The notes under the pieces: model-generated | The model's input: only the letters and a program-made list of their open reading frames with translations | Told to the model about the DNA's origin: nothing | The model's database searches: none | Program-made: the position numbers and the translations under genes | Part shown: positions 18,431 through 31,526 of the stretch, in pieces | Position numbering within the stretch: the first letter of the stretch is position 1 | How the letters are laid out: every line of letters begins with the position of its first letter | Source: Vulcanimicrobiaceae bacterium | Lineage (GTDB): Bacteria > Vulcanimicrobiota > Vulcanimicrobiia > Vulcanimicrobiales > Vulcanimicrobiaceae | Length of the DNA: 64,000 bases | NCBI GenBank assembly: GCA_050010375.1 | Contig: JBEKLD010000004.1 | Span: 2,187 to 66,186 of the forward strand | Direction of reading: 5' to 3'

Positions 18431-19624
18431 TTAGACCGACAACGCGCCGACGGGGATGGCCCGGGCGCGCGAGCGCTCGAGGGCCAGCGCGAGGACGATG
18501 CAGACCAACGCGCCGGCATAGCAGCCGAACGCCATGACTGGTCCGGCGTGCACGTGGAAGACCCCCACCACGGCGCCGCTCGCGGCGGGTGCGATCGTCC
18601 CACCGATCGCGCCGGCGAGCAGCAAAAAGGTGACGAGCTGCGGTGGAGGCGAGGCGACCTGTTCCGACCCGAGCGAGATCATCAACTTGTACATGCAGGT
18701 CGAGGTGAAGCCAAACACGCTCGTTAGGCTGAAGAACGTGTGCGCGTTGGGCGTCGAGACCAAGAGGAACGTGCAGAGGACCGCGCTGCAACTCGCGACG
18801 ATCAACACGCCGCGCGGCTGGACGCGGGTCACCAGCAGCGCCGCGGTGATCAAGCCGAAGATCGACGGGCCCCAGAAGCTGCCGATCACGGCGTTCGCCT
18901 GCGGGACGCCAACCGACAGGACGGTCTCGAGATAGGTCGGCGCCCAGATCAGAAAGGTGCTCTGGCCGCACAGATACAGGCACAAGCCGGCGCAGAACAA
19001 GACGACCCCGGTGACCGACGCGCGCGTCGCGCCGCTCCACCGCTCGTGCACGCCCGGGGCGCCCGCGGCCGCCGCCGGCAAACGGGTCCGCAGCGCCGCG
19101 ACCAGCAGCACCGCGGCGGCCGCGGCGACGACGAAGTACCCGGCGCGCCAACCGTATCCGGCGGCGATGGCGGCGGATGCGACCGCGGGAAAGACGAAGC
19201 CGGCGACGCTGAAGGCGCAGTCCGTGCCGAGAAAGGCGGCGGCGCGCTGGTTCGCGCCGTAGCTCCGCGTGATGATCACCGCGCCGGCCGAGAGCCCGAT
19301 CCCCGCGCCGAATCCGATCAGTGCGATCCCGGCCGCCGCCGCCGCGAAGGCGTGCGTCGCGGCGACCAGCGCGACGCCGGCGAACAATGCGGCGTAGGCG
19401 AACAGAAAGACGCGCTTGATCGTCAAGACGTCGAAGACGACCAAGCACAACAAGAAGCCGACCAGATTCCCGGCCAACAGGTACGAGAACAGCGGCGCGG
19501 TCTGGGCCACGCTCCGCCCGAAGTCGACCGACATCGGTTGCAGAATCACGCCGCTCTGCGTGAGAAAGCCCGACATGATCGCGTAGGCGCCGATCGCTAC
19601 GATCGTCGCCGCAAGCTTCGGCAT
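18431..19624 (-). CDS. TsgA-like MFS transporter
   Basis: About 12 TM helices; ITRSYGANQRAAAFLGTDCAFSVAGFVFP...W resembles E. coli TsgA; TGATG coupling to the upstream GT. Confidence 0.8.
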   Translation of the reverse strand: MPKLAATIVAIGAYAIMSGFLTQSGVILQPMSVDFGRSVAQTAPLFSYLLAGNLVGFLLCLVVFDVLTIKRVFLFAYAALFAGVALVAATHAFAAAAAGIALIGFGAGIGLSAGAVIITRSYGANQRAAAFLGTDCAFSVAGFVFPAVASAAIAAGYGWRAGYFVVAAAAAVLLVAALRTRLPAAAAGAPGVHERWSGATRASVTGVVLFCAGLCLYLCGQSTFLIWAPTYLETVLSVGVPQANAVIGSFWGPSIFGLITAALLVTRVQPRGVLIVASCSAVLCTFLLVSTPNAHTFFSLTSVFGFTSTCMYKLMISLGSEQVASPPPQLVTFLLLAGAIGGTIAPAASGAVVGVFHVHAGPVMAFGCYAGALVCIVLALALERSRARAIPVGALSV

Positions 19625-20607
19625 CACGGCAGGACGACTTCGCGATAGACGGCGGCCGTCTCTGCCGCGAATCGGTCCCACGTATAGGGACGCAGCGCGA
19701 GCGCACCCTCGGCGGCGCGCGCCCGCGCCGCGGCCGGATCGCGCACCAGCGCCGCGAGTACGTCGCCGAGTCCGGCCGCGTCGCCGGGTGCGAACGTCTG
19801 CGCGTACGGCGCGACGAGCCCGGGCACGGCGGCTGTTGAGCCGACGACCGGCGTACCGGCGACGGCCGCCTCGAGCATCGGGATCCCGAAGCCTTCGCCG
19901 AGCGAGGGTTGCACGTACGCGAGCGCACCACGGTAGCGCCGCGCGAGCGTCGCATCGTCCAGCTCGCCGAGGAACGCGATCGTCCCACGCGCGTGCGTCC
20001 AGCGCGCGCGGACGTCCGGTTCGTCGGGGCCGGTCAGGACGAGGTCGAGCGCGAGTTGCTCCGGGAGCGCGGCCCACGCGGCGTAGAGCGTCGGCAGGTC
20101 CTTGTGCGGGCGATGGTTCCCGGCGTAGAACAGATACGGTCGCTCCGCGGGCCACGGCGCCGCCGACGGCACGTCGTCGCCGTAGCCGAGCGGCACGATG
20201 CGGATGCGCGCGCGCGGGATGCCGAGCAGCGCGACGCAATCGTCGGCGACGCGCGAGTCGCTGACGAGGACGCGCGCGGCGCCGCGGTACAGCGGGCCCG
20301 CGAGGGTGCGCCAATAGAGGCCAGTCGCCCGCGAGAACAGCTGTGGGAAGCGCAGGTGCAGCAGATCGTGGACCATCGCGACGTAGGGTCGCGGGACGAA
20401 CGGCGGTGCCTCGAGGTATGGCAGGTGCGTCAGCTGCACGCCTGCGGCGCGCAGCGCCCACGGCAAGGCGAGGACCGGTGCGTCGACCAGCACCAGCGTG
20501 ATGTCGGGTGCGACCCGCGGCAGCCGCTCGGCCAGCGCGCGCGCGTAGGCGCGCATCCCGGCCGAGGCGCGCGGCGTCGCCCGGGTGGCCAGTGCGACGC
20601 GCATCAT
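19624..20607 (-). CDS. Glycosyltransferase family 4
   Basis: VHDLLHL, YAGNHRPHKD, PSLGEGFGIPMLEA. Confidence 0.88.
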   Translation of the reverse strand: MMRVALATRATPRASAGMRAYARALAERLPRVAPDITLVLVDAPVLALPWALRAAGVQLTHLPYLEAPPFVPRPYVAMVHDLLHLRFPQLFSRATGLYWRTLAGPLYRGAARVLVSDSRVADDCVALLGIPRARIRIVPLGYGDDVPSAAPWPAERPYLFYAGNHRPHKDLPTLYAAWAALPEQLALDLVLTGPDEPDVRARWTHARGTIAFLGELDDATLARRYRGALAYVQPSLGEGFGIPMLEAAVAGTPVVGSTAAVPGLVAPYAQTFAPGDAAGLGDVLAALVRDPAAARARAAEGALALRPYTWDRFAAETAAVYREVVLP

Positions 20608-21604
20608 CGCAGCAGCGTGCGGTAGAGGGCGGCCGTCGCGCCGACCGTTCGAGCCCAGGTCAGGTACGCGCTGCGTACACGCGCGTGCGTGGCGCGCCCT
20701 CGGACCGTCGGGTCGCTGAGCGCGCCCTCCAACAGTGCTGCCAGCGCGCCGACGTCGCCGGCCGGGAACGTCTCGACCTCACCGGCTAGGATGCGCGGCA
20801 CGGCCGTATCCGCCGCGAGCACAGGCGTCCCGACGCGCAGCGCCTCGAGCAGTGGCAGCCCGAAGCCTTCGCGCAGCGCCGGCTGCACGTACGCAGCGGC
20901 GCCGCGGTGATACGCCCACAGCGCCGGCTCGTCGAGCGCGCCGGTGAAGACCAACTCCGCGCCGGGCCGGGCGAGGGCGCGCAGTTCGGCATTCTCCGAT
21001 CCGGTCAGCACCAAATCGACGGCGAGCGCCGGCGGGAGCGCCGCCCAGGCGCGCAGCAGCGTCGGCAGGTCTTTGTGCGGGCGCTGGTTTCCGGCGTAGA
21101 ACAGATACGGCCGCGCGCGCTGCACCGGCGGGGGCAGCGGCTCGGGCGCGTCGACGCCGAGCGGGATCGCGTGGGCGCGGGTCCGATCGACGCCGGCGTA
21201 GCGGACGAGCAGCTCGACGGTCCGCTCGTCGTCGGTGACGACCGCGCGCGCGCCGCGCAGCACCGGCGCGACGACGGCGCGCCAGTACGGACCGACCTTG
21301 CGCTTCGCGTACTGCGGAAACTCCAAGTCGATCAGGTCGTGGACCGTCACGAGGTACGGGACCGGGATGAAGCGCGGCACGTACGGCGTCGGGAAATGCG
21401 CCAGCCGCGGGCGCAGCCGAGCGAGCGCGAGCGGGAGCCCGACCTGCTCGGCCAGGTCGAAGTTGTCACCCCGCCCGACGAAGACGGTCTGCAGATCCGG
21501 GGCGAGCGTCGGCAACAACTCCCGCAGCGCGCGCACGTACGCCAGCATCCCGGCCGAGAGGTGCGAGGTCTCGCGCACGTCGAGCGCGAGGTCCGGCCGC
21601 CCGT

Positions 21605-21608
<4 letters not shown>
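20604..21608 (-). CDS. Glycosyltransferase family 4
   Basis: TVHDLID, YAGNQRPHKD, PALREGFGLPLLEA; GTGA overlap. Confidence 0.88.
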
Positions 21609-24977
<3,369 letters not shown>

Positions 24978-24981
24978 CGGC

Positions 24982-25953
24982 TCAGTCGCGCACGACGACG
25001 ACGGCCTTGCCGATCAGCCGACGCTCGATCAGCGCTTCGACGGCCTGCGGCGCGTCGGCGAGCGCGTAGCGCGCGTGGACGGTCGGGTGCAGCTTCCCTT
25101 GCGCGCGCAGCGCGAACATCGCGGCGAAGTTGGCGCGGTTGCGCTCGGGCTCGCGCGCGCTCCACGGCCCCCAGTAGACCCCCATCGCGTCGATCTCACG
25201 CAGCAGCAACCGGTTCGACGGGATCGCCGGGATGCGGCCGCTAGTGAAGCCCACGACGAGCACGCGCGCGCGCCAGTCGAGCGTGCGCAACGCCGCGTCG
25301 AACGTATCGCCGCCGACGTTGTCGAACAGCACGTCGACTGCGCGCGTCGCTGCCTTGATCGCGTCGACCAGCCCGTCATCGGCTGCCAGCACGTGCGCCG
25401 CCCCGGCGGCGCGGGCCGCGTCGGCTTTCGCCGGCGAGCCGACGATCGCGACGACCTGCGCGCCCAGCGCTTGGCCGATGTCGACCGCCGCCGTGCCGAC
25501 GCCGCCGCCCGCACCGGTCACCGCCAGGCGGTCACCGGCCTGCAGCCGGCCGCGCCCGACCAAGCCGTGGTAGGCCGTGCCGTAGGTGACCAACATCCCG
25601 GCGGCGGTCACGAAGTCGATCGCGTCGGGGAGCTTCACCGTGCGGGCGGCGTCCACCGTCGTCGCTTCGGCGAAGGCGCCGGCGGTGGGCATTGCGGCGA
25701 CCCGGTCGCCGAGCGCGAAGCCCGCGACGCCCTCGCCCAGCCCGGTCACGACGCCGGCCACCTCGATGCCGAGCGTGAACGGCAACGGCGGCTTCTCCTG
25801 ATAACGACCCGTCGTGAGCAGCGCGTCGGGGAAGTTCACCCCGGCTGCGTGGACCTCGATCGCCAGCTCGCCGGGTCCCGGCGCGGGGGCATCGATCTCG
25901 GCTAACACGAGGTCGCGCGGGCTGCCCAGCGTGTGGACCTGGACCGCGCGCAC
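24982..25953 (-). CDS. NADPH:quinone oxidoreductase (MDR/zeta-crystallin family)
   Basis: AAGVNFPD, PFTLGIEVAG, TGAGGGVGTAA, GKAVVV. Confidence 0.9.
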   Translation of the reverse strand: MRAVQVHTLGSPRDLVLAEIDAPAPGPGELAIEVHAAGVNFPDALLTTGRYQEKPPLPFTLGIEVAGVVTGLGEGVAGFALGDRVAAMPTAGAFAEATTVDAARTVKLPDAIDFVTAAGMLVTYGTAYHGLVGRGRLQAGDRLAVTGAGGGVGTAAVDIGQALGAQVVAIVGSPAKADAARAAGAAHVLAADDGLVDAIKAATRAVDVLFDNVGGDTFDAALRTLDWRARVLVVGFTSGRIPAIPSNRLLLREIDAMGVYWGPWSAREPERNRANFAAMFALRAQGKLHPTVHARYALADAPQAVEALIERRLIGKAVVVVRD

Positions 25954-25954
25954 G

Positions 25955-26404
25955 TCAGGCCGCGCTCGCGACGAGCATGCTCAGCCACTCGGCCACCAGC
26001 GCCGGCCGTTCACCACCTTCGATCTCGACCTCGACGTTCTGGCGCAGCAGCGTCTGGCCGTCGCCACGCGGCTCGGCCGCGGTGACCGTGAACACGCCGC
26101 GGATGCGGGAGCCGACCGGAACCGGCGCGACCAGCCGCAACCGGTCGAAGCCGTAGTTCAAGGCAACGATCCCGGGCGGCAGGTCGAGCCCACCGGCGTC
26201 GGCCCCGAGTTGCACGAGCAACGAGGTGGTGAAGAACCCGTGCGCGATCGTCCGGCCGAACGGGCTGTTCGCGGCGCACCAGGCGGGATCGAGGTGCAGC
26301 GGGTTGCGGTCGCCGGTCAACTCGCCGAAGGCGGTCACCGCGTCCTGCGAGACCGCGAACCACGGGGACGTACGTGTCTGGCCGACTAGCCTCGAAAGTG
26401 TCAC
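25955..26404 (-). CDS. MaoC family dehydratase
   Basis: FGELTGDRNPLHLDP, TIAHGF, NYGFDRLRLVAPVPVGSRIR. Confidence 0.88.
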   Translation of the reverse strand: MTLSRLVGQTRTSPWFAVSQDAVTAFGELTGDRNPLHLDPAWCAANSPFGRTIAHGFFTTSLLVQLGADAGGLDLPPGIVALNYGFDRLRLVAPVPVGSRIRGVFTVTAAEPRGDGQTLLRQNVEVEIEGGERPALVAEWLSMLVASAA

Positions 26405-27486
26405 GCCGCGGACGTTTCGCCGGCCAGCAGCCGAGCCTTCTCGTTCTGCTGCAGCTCGACGACGAGCTTCTCCATCTCGCCGTCGAGGATCGCTTTGATG
26501 TTCTGGAAGCTCTGGCCGATGCGGTGGTCGGTGATGCGGTCCTGCGGATAGTTGTAGGTGCGGATCTTCTCGCTGCGGTCGCCGGTCCCGACCTGGCTGC
26601 GGCGCAGGGCACCCTCGGTCTCCTCGCGTTCGCGGCGCTGGCGCTCGGCGAGCTGGGCGCGCAGCATCCCCATCGCCCGCTCGCGGTTCTGCAGCTGCGA
26701 GCGCTCCTCACTACAAGCGACGACGATCCCGGTCGGTTTGTGGGTGATGCGGATCGCCGATTCGGTCTTGTTGACGTGCTGGCCGCCGGCGCCTGAAGCC
26801 TTGAACGTGTCGATCTCGAGATCGGCCGGCCGGATCTCGATCGCGCCGTCGTCCTCGACCTCAGGTAACACGGCGACCGTCGCAGTCGAGGTGTGGATGC
26901 GGCCGGCCGCCTCGGTCGCCGGGACGCGCTGCACCCGGTGGACGCCCGACTCGTACTTGAACCAGCGGTACGGCTCACCGCCCTTGACCGCGATGACGAC
27001 CTCTTTGTAGCCGCCCGACTCGTTCTCGCTCTCGCTGAGCAGCGCGACGCGCATCGCGCGCGACTCGGCGAAGCGCGTGTACATCCGCAGCAGATCGCCG
27101 GCGAAGATCCCGGCCTCGTCGCCGCCGGCGCCGGCCCGAATCTCGATGAAGACGTCTTTGTCGTCGTTGGGGTCGCGCGGCACGAGCAACTCGGCGAGGC
27201 GTTCCTCTAACGCCGCGCGCCGCTCGCGCAGCGCGCCGGCCTCTTCTTCCGCCAGCGCCGCCAGCTCGGGCTCGCTCCGGTCGGCCCGCAGCAGATCGTT
27301 CTCAGCGATCGCGCGCAGCAGCGCCTGCAGCTCACGGAACGCGGCCACGGTCGGTTCGATCGCCGCGCGTTCCTTGGTCAGCGCCGTATAGCGGGCCTGA
27401 TCGAAGCCGCCGCTCGTGTCGGCCAGCGCGGCGTCGATTTCGTCGAAGCGTTTCGAGAGCGTCTCGAGGCGATCGGAGTGTTGCAT
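26401..27486 (-). CDS. prfA: Peptide chain release factor 1
   Basis: EIRAGAGGDEA, ESGVHRVQRVPATE, GAGGQHVN, RSQLQN, EKIRTYNYPQ.R.TDHRI. Confidence 0.95.
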   Translation of the reverse strand: MQHSDRLETLSKRFDEIDAALADTSGGFDQARYTALTKERAAIEPTVAAFRELQALLRAIAENDLLRADRSEPELAALAEEEAGALRERRAALEERLAELLVPRDPNDDKDVFIEIRAGAGGDEAGIFAGDLLRMYTRFAESRAMRVALLSESENESGGYKEVVIAVKGGEPYRWFKYESGVHRVQRVPATEAAGRIHTSTATVAVLPEVEDDGAIEIRPADLEIDTFKASGAGGQHVNKTESAIRITHKPTGIVVACSEERSQLQNRERAMGMLRAQLAERQRREREETEGALRRSQVGTGDRSEKIRTYNYPQDRITDHRIGQSFQNIKAILDGEMEKLVVELQQNEKARLLAGETSAA

Positions 27487-27498
27487 CGGCGGTTCGGG

Positions 27499-27533
27499 AA
27501 GAAAAAGAAGCGAGCCGCGCGGCGGCTCGCTTC
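27499..27533 (-). terminator. Rho-independent terminator after rpmE
   Basis: Perfect 12-bp stem GAAGCGAGCCGC/GCGGCTCGCTTC (27507-27533) followed by a T-tract on the minus strand. Confidence 0.75.
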
Positions 27534-27553
27534 CCAGGTTCCAGGCGGGGTCG

Positions 27554-27832
27554 CTAGACGGACGCCGGCGCGGGTTCCTGGTCGCTCTGCTTGCGCGACT
27601 TGCGCGCGGCGGCTTCGGCCTTCTTCTTGTCAGCCATCGCCACGCGCTGGTTGAACTTGTCGACGCGGCCCGCGGTGTCGAGGAACTTCTGCTGCCCCGT
27701 AAAGAGCGGATGGCAGCTCGAGCAGACCTCGACCGAGATCGTCGGACGGGTCGAACCGGTGGTAAACGTGGCCCCGCAGGCGCAGCTTACCTTCGCCTCC
27801 GGATACCATTTGGGATGTCCCTGGGTCTTCAC
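27554..27832 (-). CDS. rpmE: 50S ribosomal protein L31 (zinc-binding type)
   Basis: [26 protein letters not shown]; GTG at 27832 fits the MK..GHP N-terminus (track uses ATG 27838). Confidence 0.95.
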   Translation of the reverse strand: MKTQGHPKWYPEAKVSCACGATFTTGSTRPTISVEVCSSCHPLFTGQQKFLDTAGRVDKFNQRVAMADKKKAEAAARKSRKQSDQEPAPASV

Positions 27833-27841
27833 AGCCATCCT

Positions 27842-27850
27842 ATCTTATCA
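27842..27850 (-). promoter_or_regulatory. Extended -10 TG-A-TAAGAT for rpmE
   Basis: TGnTAnnnT 9 nt upstream of the GTG. Confidence 0.45.
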
Positions 27851-27856
27851 CCGCGT

Positions 27857-27894
27857 GCAAGGGACCCCGGGACGGGGGTCCCGAGGTCCCTTGC
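27857..27894 (-). repeat. 17-bp inverted repeat / long hairpin
   Basis: Minus strand GCAAGGGACCTCGGGAC-CCCC-GTCCCGGGGTCCCTTGC (one G-U pair). Confidence 0.7.
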
Positions 27895-27914
27895 TTCGCC
27901 AAGCGAGCGGGCGC

Positions 27915-30014
27915 CTAGACGCCCACCACTGCCTTGATCAGGTGCCGCGCGAACGGCACCCCGATCCCAGTGACCAGGTCGTAGCCGACCCCGGCAGTGT
28001 AACCGGCTCCCGGCGTCGGCGTCGGAGCCGGCCCGCAGCTGCCGTTGAGCGAGCAGCCGACGAGCGCGTTGGTCCCGAAGGTGACGTCGTAGAACGTGTC
28101 CGGGTAGAGCGTCGCGCTGTTGTACACCGTGTAGAAGTACGGCGCGGCGTTACCGAGCCGGTAGGGCTTCGGACCACCGGCCCGCGCGCAGGCCGGGGTC
28201 TGCGCGCAAGCCTGCAGGACGAGTGCCCACATGGCGGCAGACTCGGGCGCAGCCACGCTCGTCCCACCGTAAATGGACACCTGCGTACCGGTGAAGTCGG
28301 TGTTCGCGAGCACGCCTATGCCGCTGTCCGGATCGCCTTCCAGCGAGATGTCGGGTTGCGAGCGGAAGCCGGTCGGCACGCTGGTACCGACTTGCCAGGC
28401 CGGCACGGGGGTGATCGACGAGGTCCCGCCGCCGCTCGCGCCGCCGGAGTTCGTCTGCGTTCCCCAGGCGGTGATCGGACCGACGTACTGGCCCGCGTTG
28501 TTGAGCGGAACGAAGATGCCGCCGACGGAGGTCACGCTGACGTCACCGGCCGGATACGAGACGCACGGCGTGGTCTCGAGCGCCAACGAGTATGGTGCGC
28601 AGCCCTCAGCGCCGTCATCGCCCGAGGAGACAAAGACCGCTACCCCTTCGGCGGCGAGCGCCGCGAACTCCGAGGGGCCGAAGCCCGACGGATCGTAGTT
28701 GCCCAGCGCGTTCTGGTTGTAGAAGCCATTCAAAACCTCGGGGCCGCCGTAGCTCAGCGAGAGAATGTCCGGTCCGGTACTCCCCCCGTTGTTGTCCGCG
28801 ATCGCCTGTTGGATCTCGTCATCCGATTCGGCCAAGCCTTGGTAGGTATAGCCGTAGCCGGTGCTTGGGTCCGCCGCGCACGTGTTGGTCGTCGGGTTCC
28901 CGCACTCGACGTTGACGTACGCAAGGTAGAACGAGATGTTCGCGTTGTAGGCGAGCGAGGCTTGCTCCGTGTCGATCTGCGCCTCGAAGTCCTCCGGATT
29001 GCACGTCGCCGACGGCGACTCCGAGGGCGGATAGAAGGGGTTGCTCGGGGTCGCGCACGGCGCGGTGACCGCCGGCGGCGTCGAGGTGGGTGAACCGCCG
29101 TTCGACCCGTCACCGATGTTGTTCGCCGCCGCCGCCGGCGTGACGGGAGCTTCCGTCAACGTCGAGGTACCGCCCGTGACGCCGCCGCCCGGGAATCCGT
29201 AGGTGGCGTGGAACGCCTTGAAGTCGTGGTAGCCGAAGGTGGCATCGATCGGGCCGGTACCGATGATCCCGATCGTGATCCCTTTGCCGGTGTAGCCGGC
29301 GGCGTACGCGCTGGTGTAGTCGAACGCCGTGGCGATCTGGAACGGCGTGTTGCCGCCGATGGATCCGATCTGGGGCCCGCCGCTGGCGCCCTGCACGTAT
29401 TGCAGATGCTTCGCGACCGGATCCAGCACCGCGTCGGCGATCGACGTAACCGGCAGTCCCTTGGCGAAGTGGATCGTCCCGCTCGGGGCGATTAGCGTGT
29501 GGCCTTCGGCGCTTTTGTAGAGCGAGAACGTCGTCCCCAGCGCCGATTGAAACTGAGCCGTCGTCCCCGCCACCGTCAGCGCGAGGCGCTGTGGATAGCC
29601 GCCCACCTTGAGACCGTACGATGCGAAATAGTTCGCCACGGTCGTATAGTCGCTCGCGCGCGCGCCGTACTGCGCGCCGATCTGACTGGCGGTGAGGAAC
29701 TGCCGGTAGCGGCTGTCGGCGGGGTTGCTGGTCGCCGCCGCGTAGGCGGCGAGTCCCGGCCCGTTCTGCAGGTTGACGACGACGTGCATGACGAGCGTCC
29801 CGATGTTCATCGGGCTGTTCAACCTGGTCGTCGTCGACGTGAACCTCGTCGACGGGTAGAGGATGGAGGTCAGCGACGAGGGTGCAGCACCTTGGCTGCC
29901 GGAATTCGCCGCTGACGGCACGGTGTGCGAACCGCCACCGCCCGAGCACGCCGAGAGCGTGCCGACGAGCGCGATCGCGGCGACGCGCCGGTAGGAAAGA
30001 AGCGCGCGCATCAC
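27915..30014 (-). CDS. S53 (sedolisin/kumamolisin) serine peptidase lipoprotein
   Basis: Lipobox LSAC, pro-domain (RYRQFLT..Q...YG), E..D (EAQID), SSGDDG, GGTSVAAP, YDVT.G.N...GYDLVTGIG. Confidence 0.88.
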   Translation of the reverse strand: MMRALLSYRRVAAIALVGTLSACSGGGGSHTVPSAANSGSQGAAPSSLTSILYPSTRFTSTTTRLNSPMNIGTLVMHVVVNLQNGPGLAAYAAATSNPADSRYRQFLTASQIGAQYGARASDYTTVANYFASYGLKVGGYPQRLALTVAGTTAQFQSALGTTFSLYKSAEGHTLIAPSGTIHFAKGLPVTSIADAVLDPVAKHLQYVQGASGGPQIGSIGGNTPFQIATAFDYTSAYAAGYTGKGITIGIIGTGPIDATFGYHDFKAFHATYGFPGGGVTGGTSTLTEAPVTPAAAANNIGDGSNGGSPTSTPPAVTAPCATPSNPFYPPSESPSATCNPEDFEAQIDTEQASLAYNANISFYLAYVNVECGNPTTNTCAADPSTGYGYTYQGLAESDDEIQQAIADNNGGSTGPDILSLSYGGPEVLNGFYNQNALGNYDPSGFGPSEFAALAAEGVAVFVSSGDDGAEGCAPYSLALETTPCVSYPAGDVSVTSVGGIFVPLNNAGQYVGPITAWGTQTNSGGASGGGTSSITPVPAWQVGTSVPTGFRSQPDISLEGDPDSGIGVLANTDFTGTQVSIYGGTSVAAPESAAMWALVLQACAQTPACARAGGPKPYRLGNAAPYFYTVYNSATLYPDTFYDVTFGTNALVGCSLNGSCGPAPTPTPGAGYTAGVGYDLVTGIGVPFARHLIKAVVGV

Positions 30015-31363
30015 TTGGAAGACCCTCCCCGGGAGCGGAGCGCCGCGAACCGTTGCAGCTGCGCCTTTTGGCGAACGAGGTGCTCGACGTGAGCGAGCGC
30101 GATTGAACGCGGCAGCAGCAGGCCGCCGCCGACCGACGCCGCAGCACGCGTCGTGCTCGTCGGCGCGGTCGTCGATTTCAGCGAGAGCGTCTCAGCGATC
30201 GTGATCGACTCCGCCGGAACGGTCGCGGAGTTCGACGGGTACAGCCGCGGCGCAGTACCCTGCTGATCGCTAAAGTCGTAGAACGTCTCCAGGGTATCGG
30301 AGACGACCGTGCAGACCGTACCGGGCCCGGCGATGTCGTAGGTGGCCGTGGTCTTCGTTTCGAGCGTCCCGAAGATCGCATCGGCGGTGGTGATCGTCTG
30401 CGTGATCTTGTTCGCAACCGTTCCGAAGGTGGTCGCACAGGTCGGGTCGAGCGCCTGACCGGTCGCGATGGTGTCGGTCTCGACCGAGGGCTGCGTCAGG
30501 GTGGTCGGGATCCAGTCCGGGACGGTTGACGGCGTCGTCGTATGCGACACACCGTTGTAGTAGGTGTACCCGATGCTACCGGCCGCCGGCGCCGAGAAGG
30601 TGTACAGCCGGCCGTCGAGCAGCGCGTTGAGGGTCAGGGTCCCGCTGAACGCAGGCCCGACCGGCGAGGTGAGCGGCCCGGTCTCGAAGGCGACATCGTC
30701 GACGAAGGTGTCGGTCGAATTCAACTCGCCGTCGCACTCCGTGTAGGAGCCGTCGGTATTCACTTCACGGTCGGTGCTGACGGTCGCCGGCGTACCGGCG
30801 GACGGGCAGTTGACGCCGAGCGGCGCCACGGCCGAGGAGATCCCGGGATCGCTCTCCTTGAACGACTCCTGCGCATTGTTGGCGAAGGTACCGTTGGCTT
30901 CGGGGATGACGTCGAGCAGCCCGTTGCCGGGACCATAGTCTGTCTCGTACGTCACGCCGTTCGAGTCGGTCGCCACGACCTTCGACGCCTGCAGCTGCGT
31001 GGTGCCGTTCGCTTCGGCGTTGTACGCGACCGTCGCGTTCGTCGTGGTCGTCAGCGTGCTCAGCGAACCGGCATCTGATTCGGTCGACGTGAAGACCGAC
31101 GTCGTCCCGGTCGTCGCGACCGTGACGCTCACCGTCGCGGTCGACGTCGTGATCATCGGAACCGGCGTCGCTCCGATGAGGTTATTCGTGACGTTCTGCG
31201 TGAGCGTTCCCACGTATTGCGCCTGCAGACCGGAGCCGTTGGGCCGGTCGCTCGTTGGAACGGGGCTCGGTCCACTCGTCGCAGGAGGCGTGGTCGTACC
31301 TCCGCATCCGGCGATGAACGCCGTCGTCCCGACGAGAAGAGCGAGCAAGCGTTTTTGAAACAA
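30011..31363 (-). CDS. Thr-rich beta-structured lipoprotein of unknown function
   Basis: Lipobox IAGC, TTG start with GAGGTG SD, GC3-consistent codon usage, 4-nt overlap with the S53 gene. Confidence 0.7.
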   Translation of the reverse strand: MFQKRLLALLVGTTAFIAGCGGTTTPPATSGPSPVPTSDRPNGSGLQAQYVGTLTQNVTNNLIGATPVPMITTSTATVSVTVATTGTTSVFTSTESDAGSLSTLTTTTNATVAYNAEANGTTQLQASKVVATDSNGVTYETDYGPGNGLLDVIPEANGTFANNAQESFKESDPGISSAVAPLGVNCPSAGTPATVSTDREVNTDGSYTECDGELNSTDTFVDDVAFETGPLTSPVGPAFSGTLTLNALLDGRLYTFSAPAAGSIGYTYYNGVSHTTTPSTVPDWIPTTLTQPSVETDTIATGQALDPTCATTFGTVANKITQTITTADAIFGTLETKTTATYDIAGPGTVCTVVSDTLETFYDFSDQQGTAPRLYPSNSATVPAESITIAETLSLKSTTAPTSTTRAAASVGGGLLLPRSIALAHVEHLVRQKAQLQRFAALRSRGGSSK

Positions 31364-31526
31364 ACGCCTACACCTCGTGCGTTAGCAGAAATGAGCAGGA
31401 GCTGGTGGGCACACTCCCCACCGGCTGATGGCCGTAACGTACTCTTCGCCGCGCTGGAGGCCTGCCGTTTCGCGCGGCAAATAGTGCGGTTTGCTTTCAG
31501 ACTTTCCACATACTTGAGGAGTCCCG

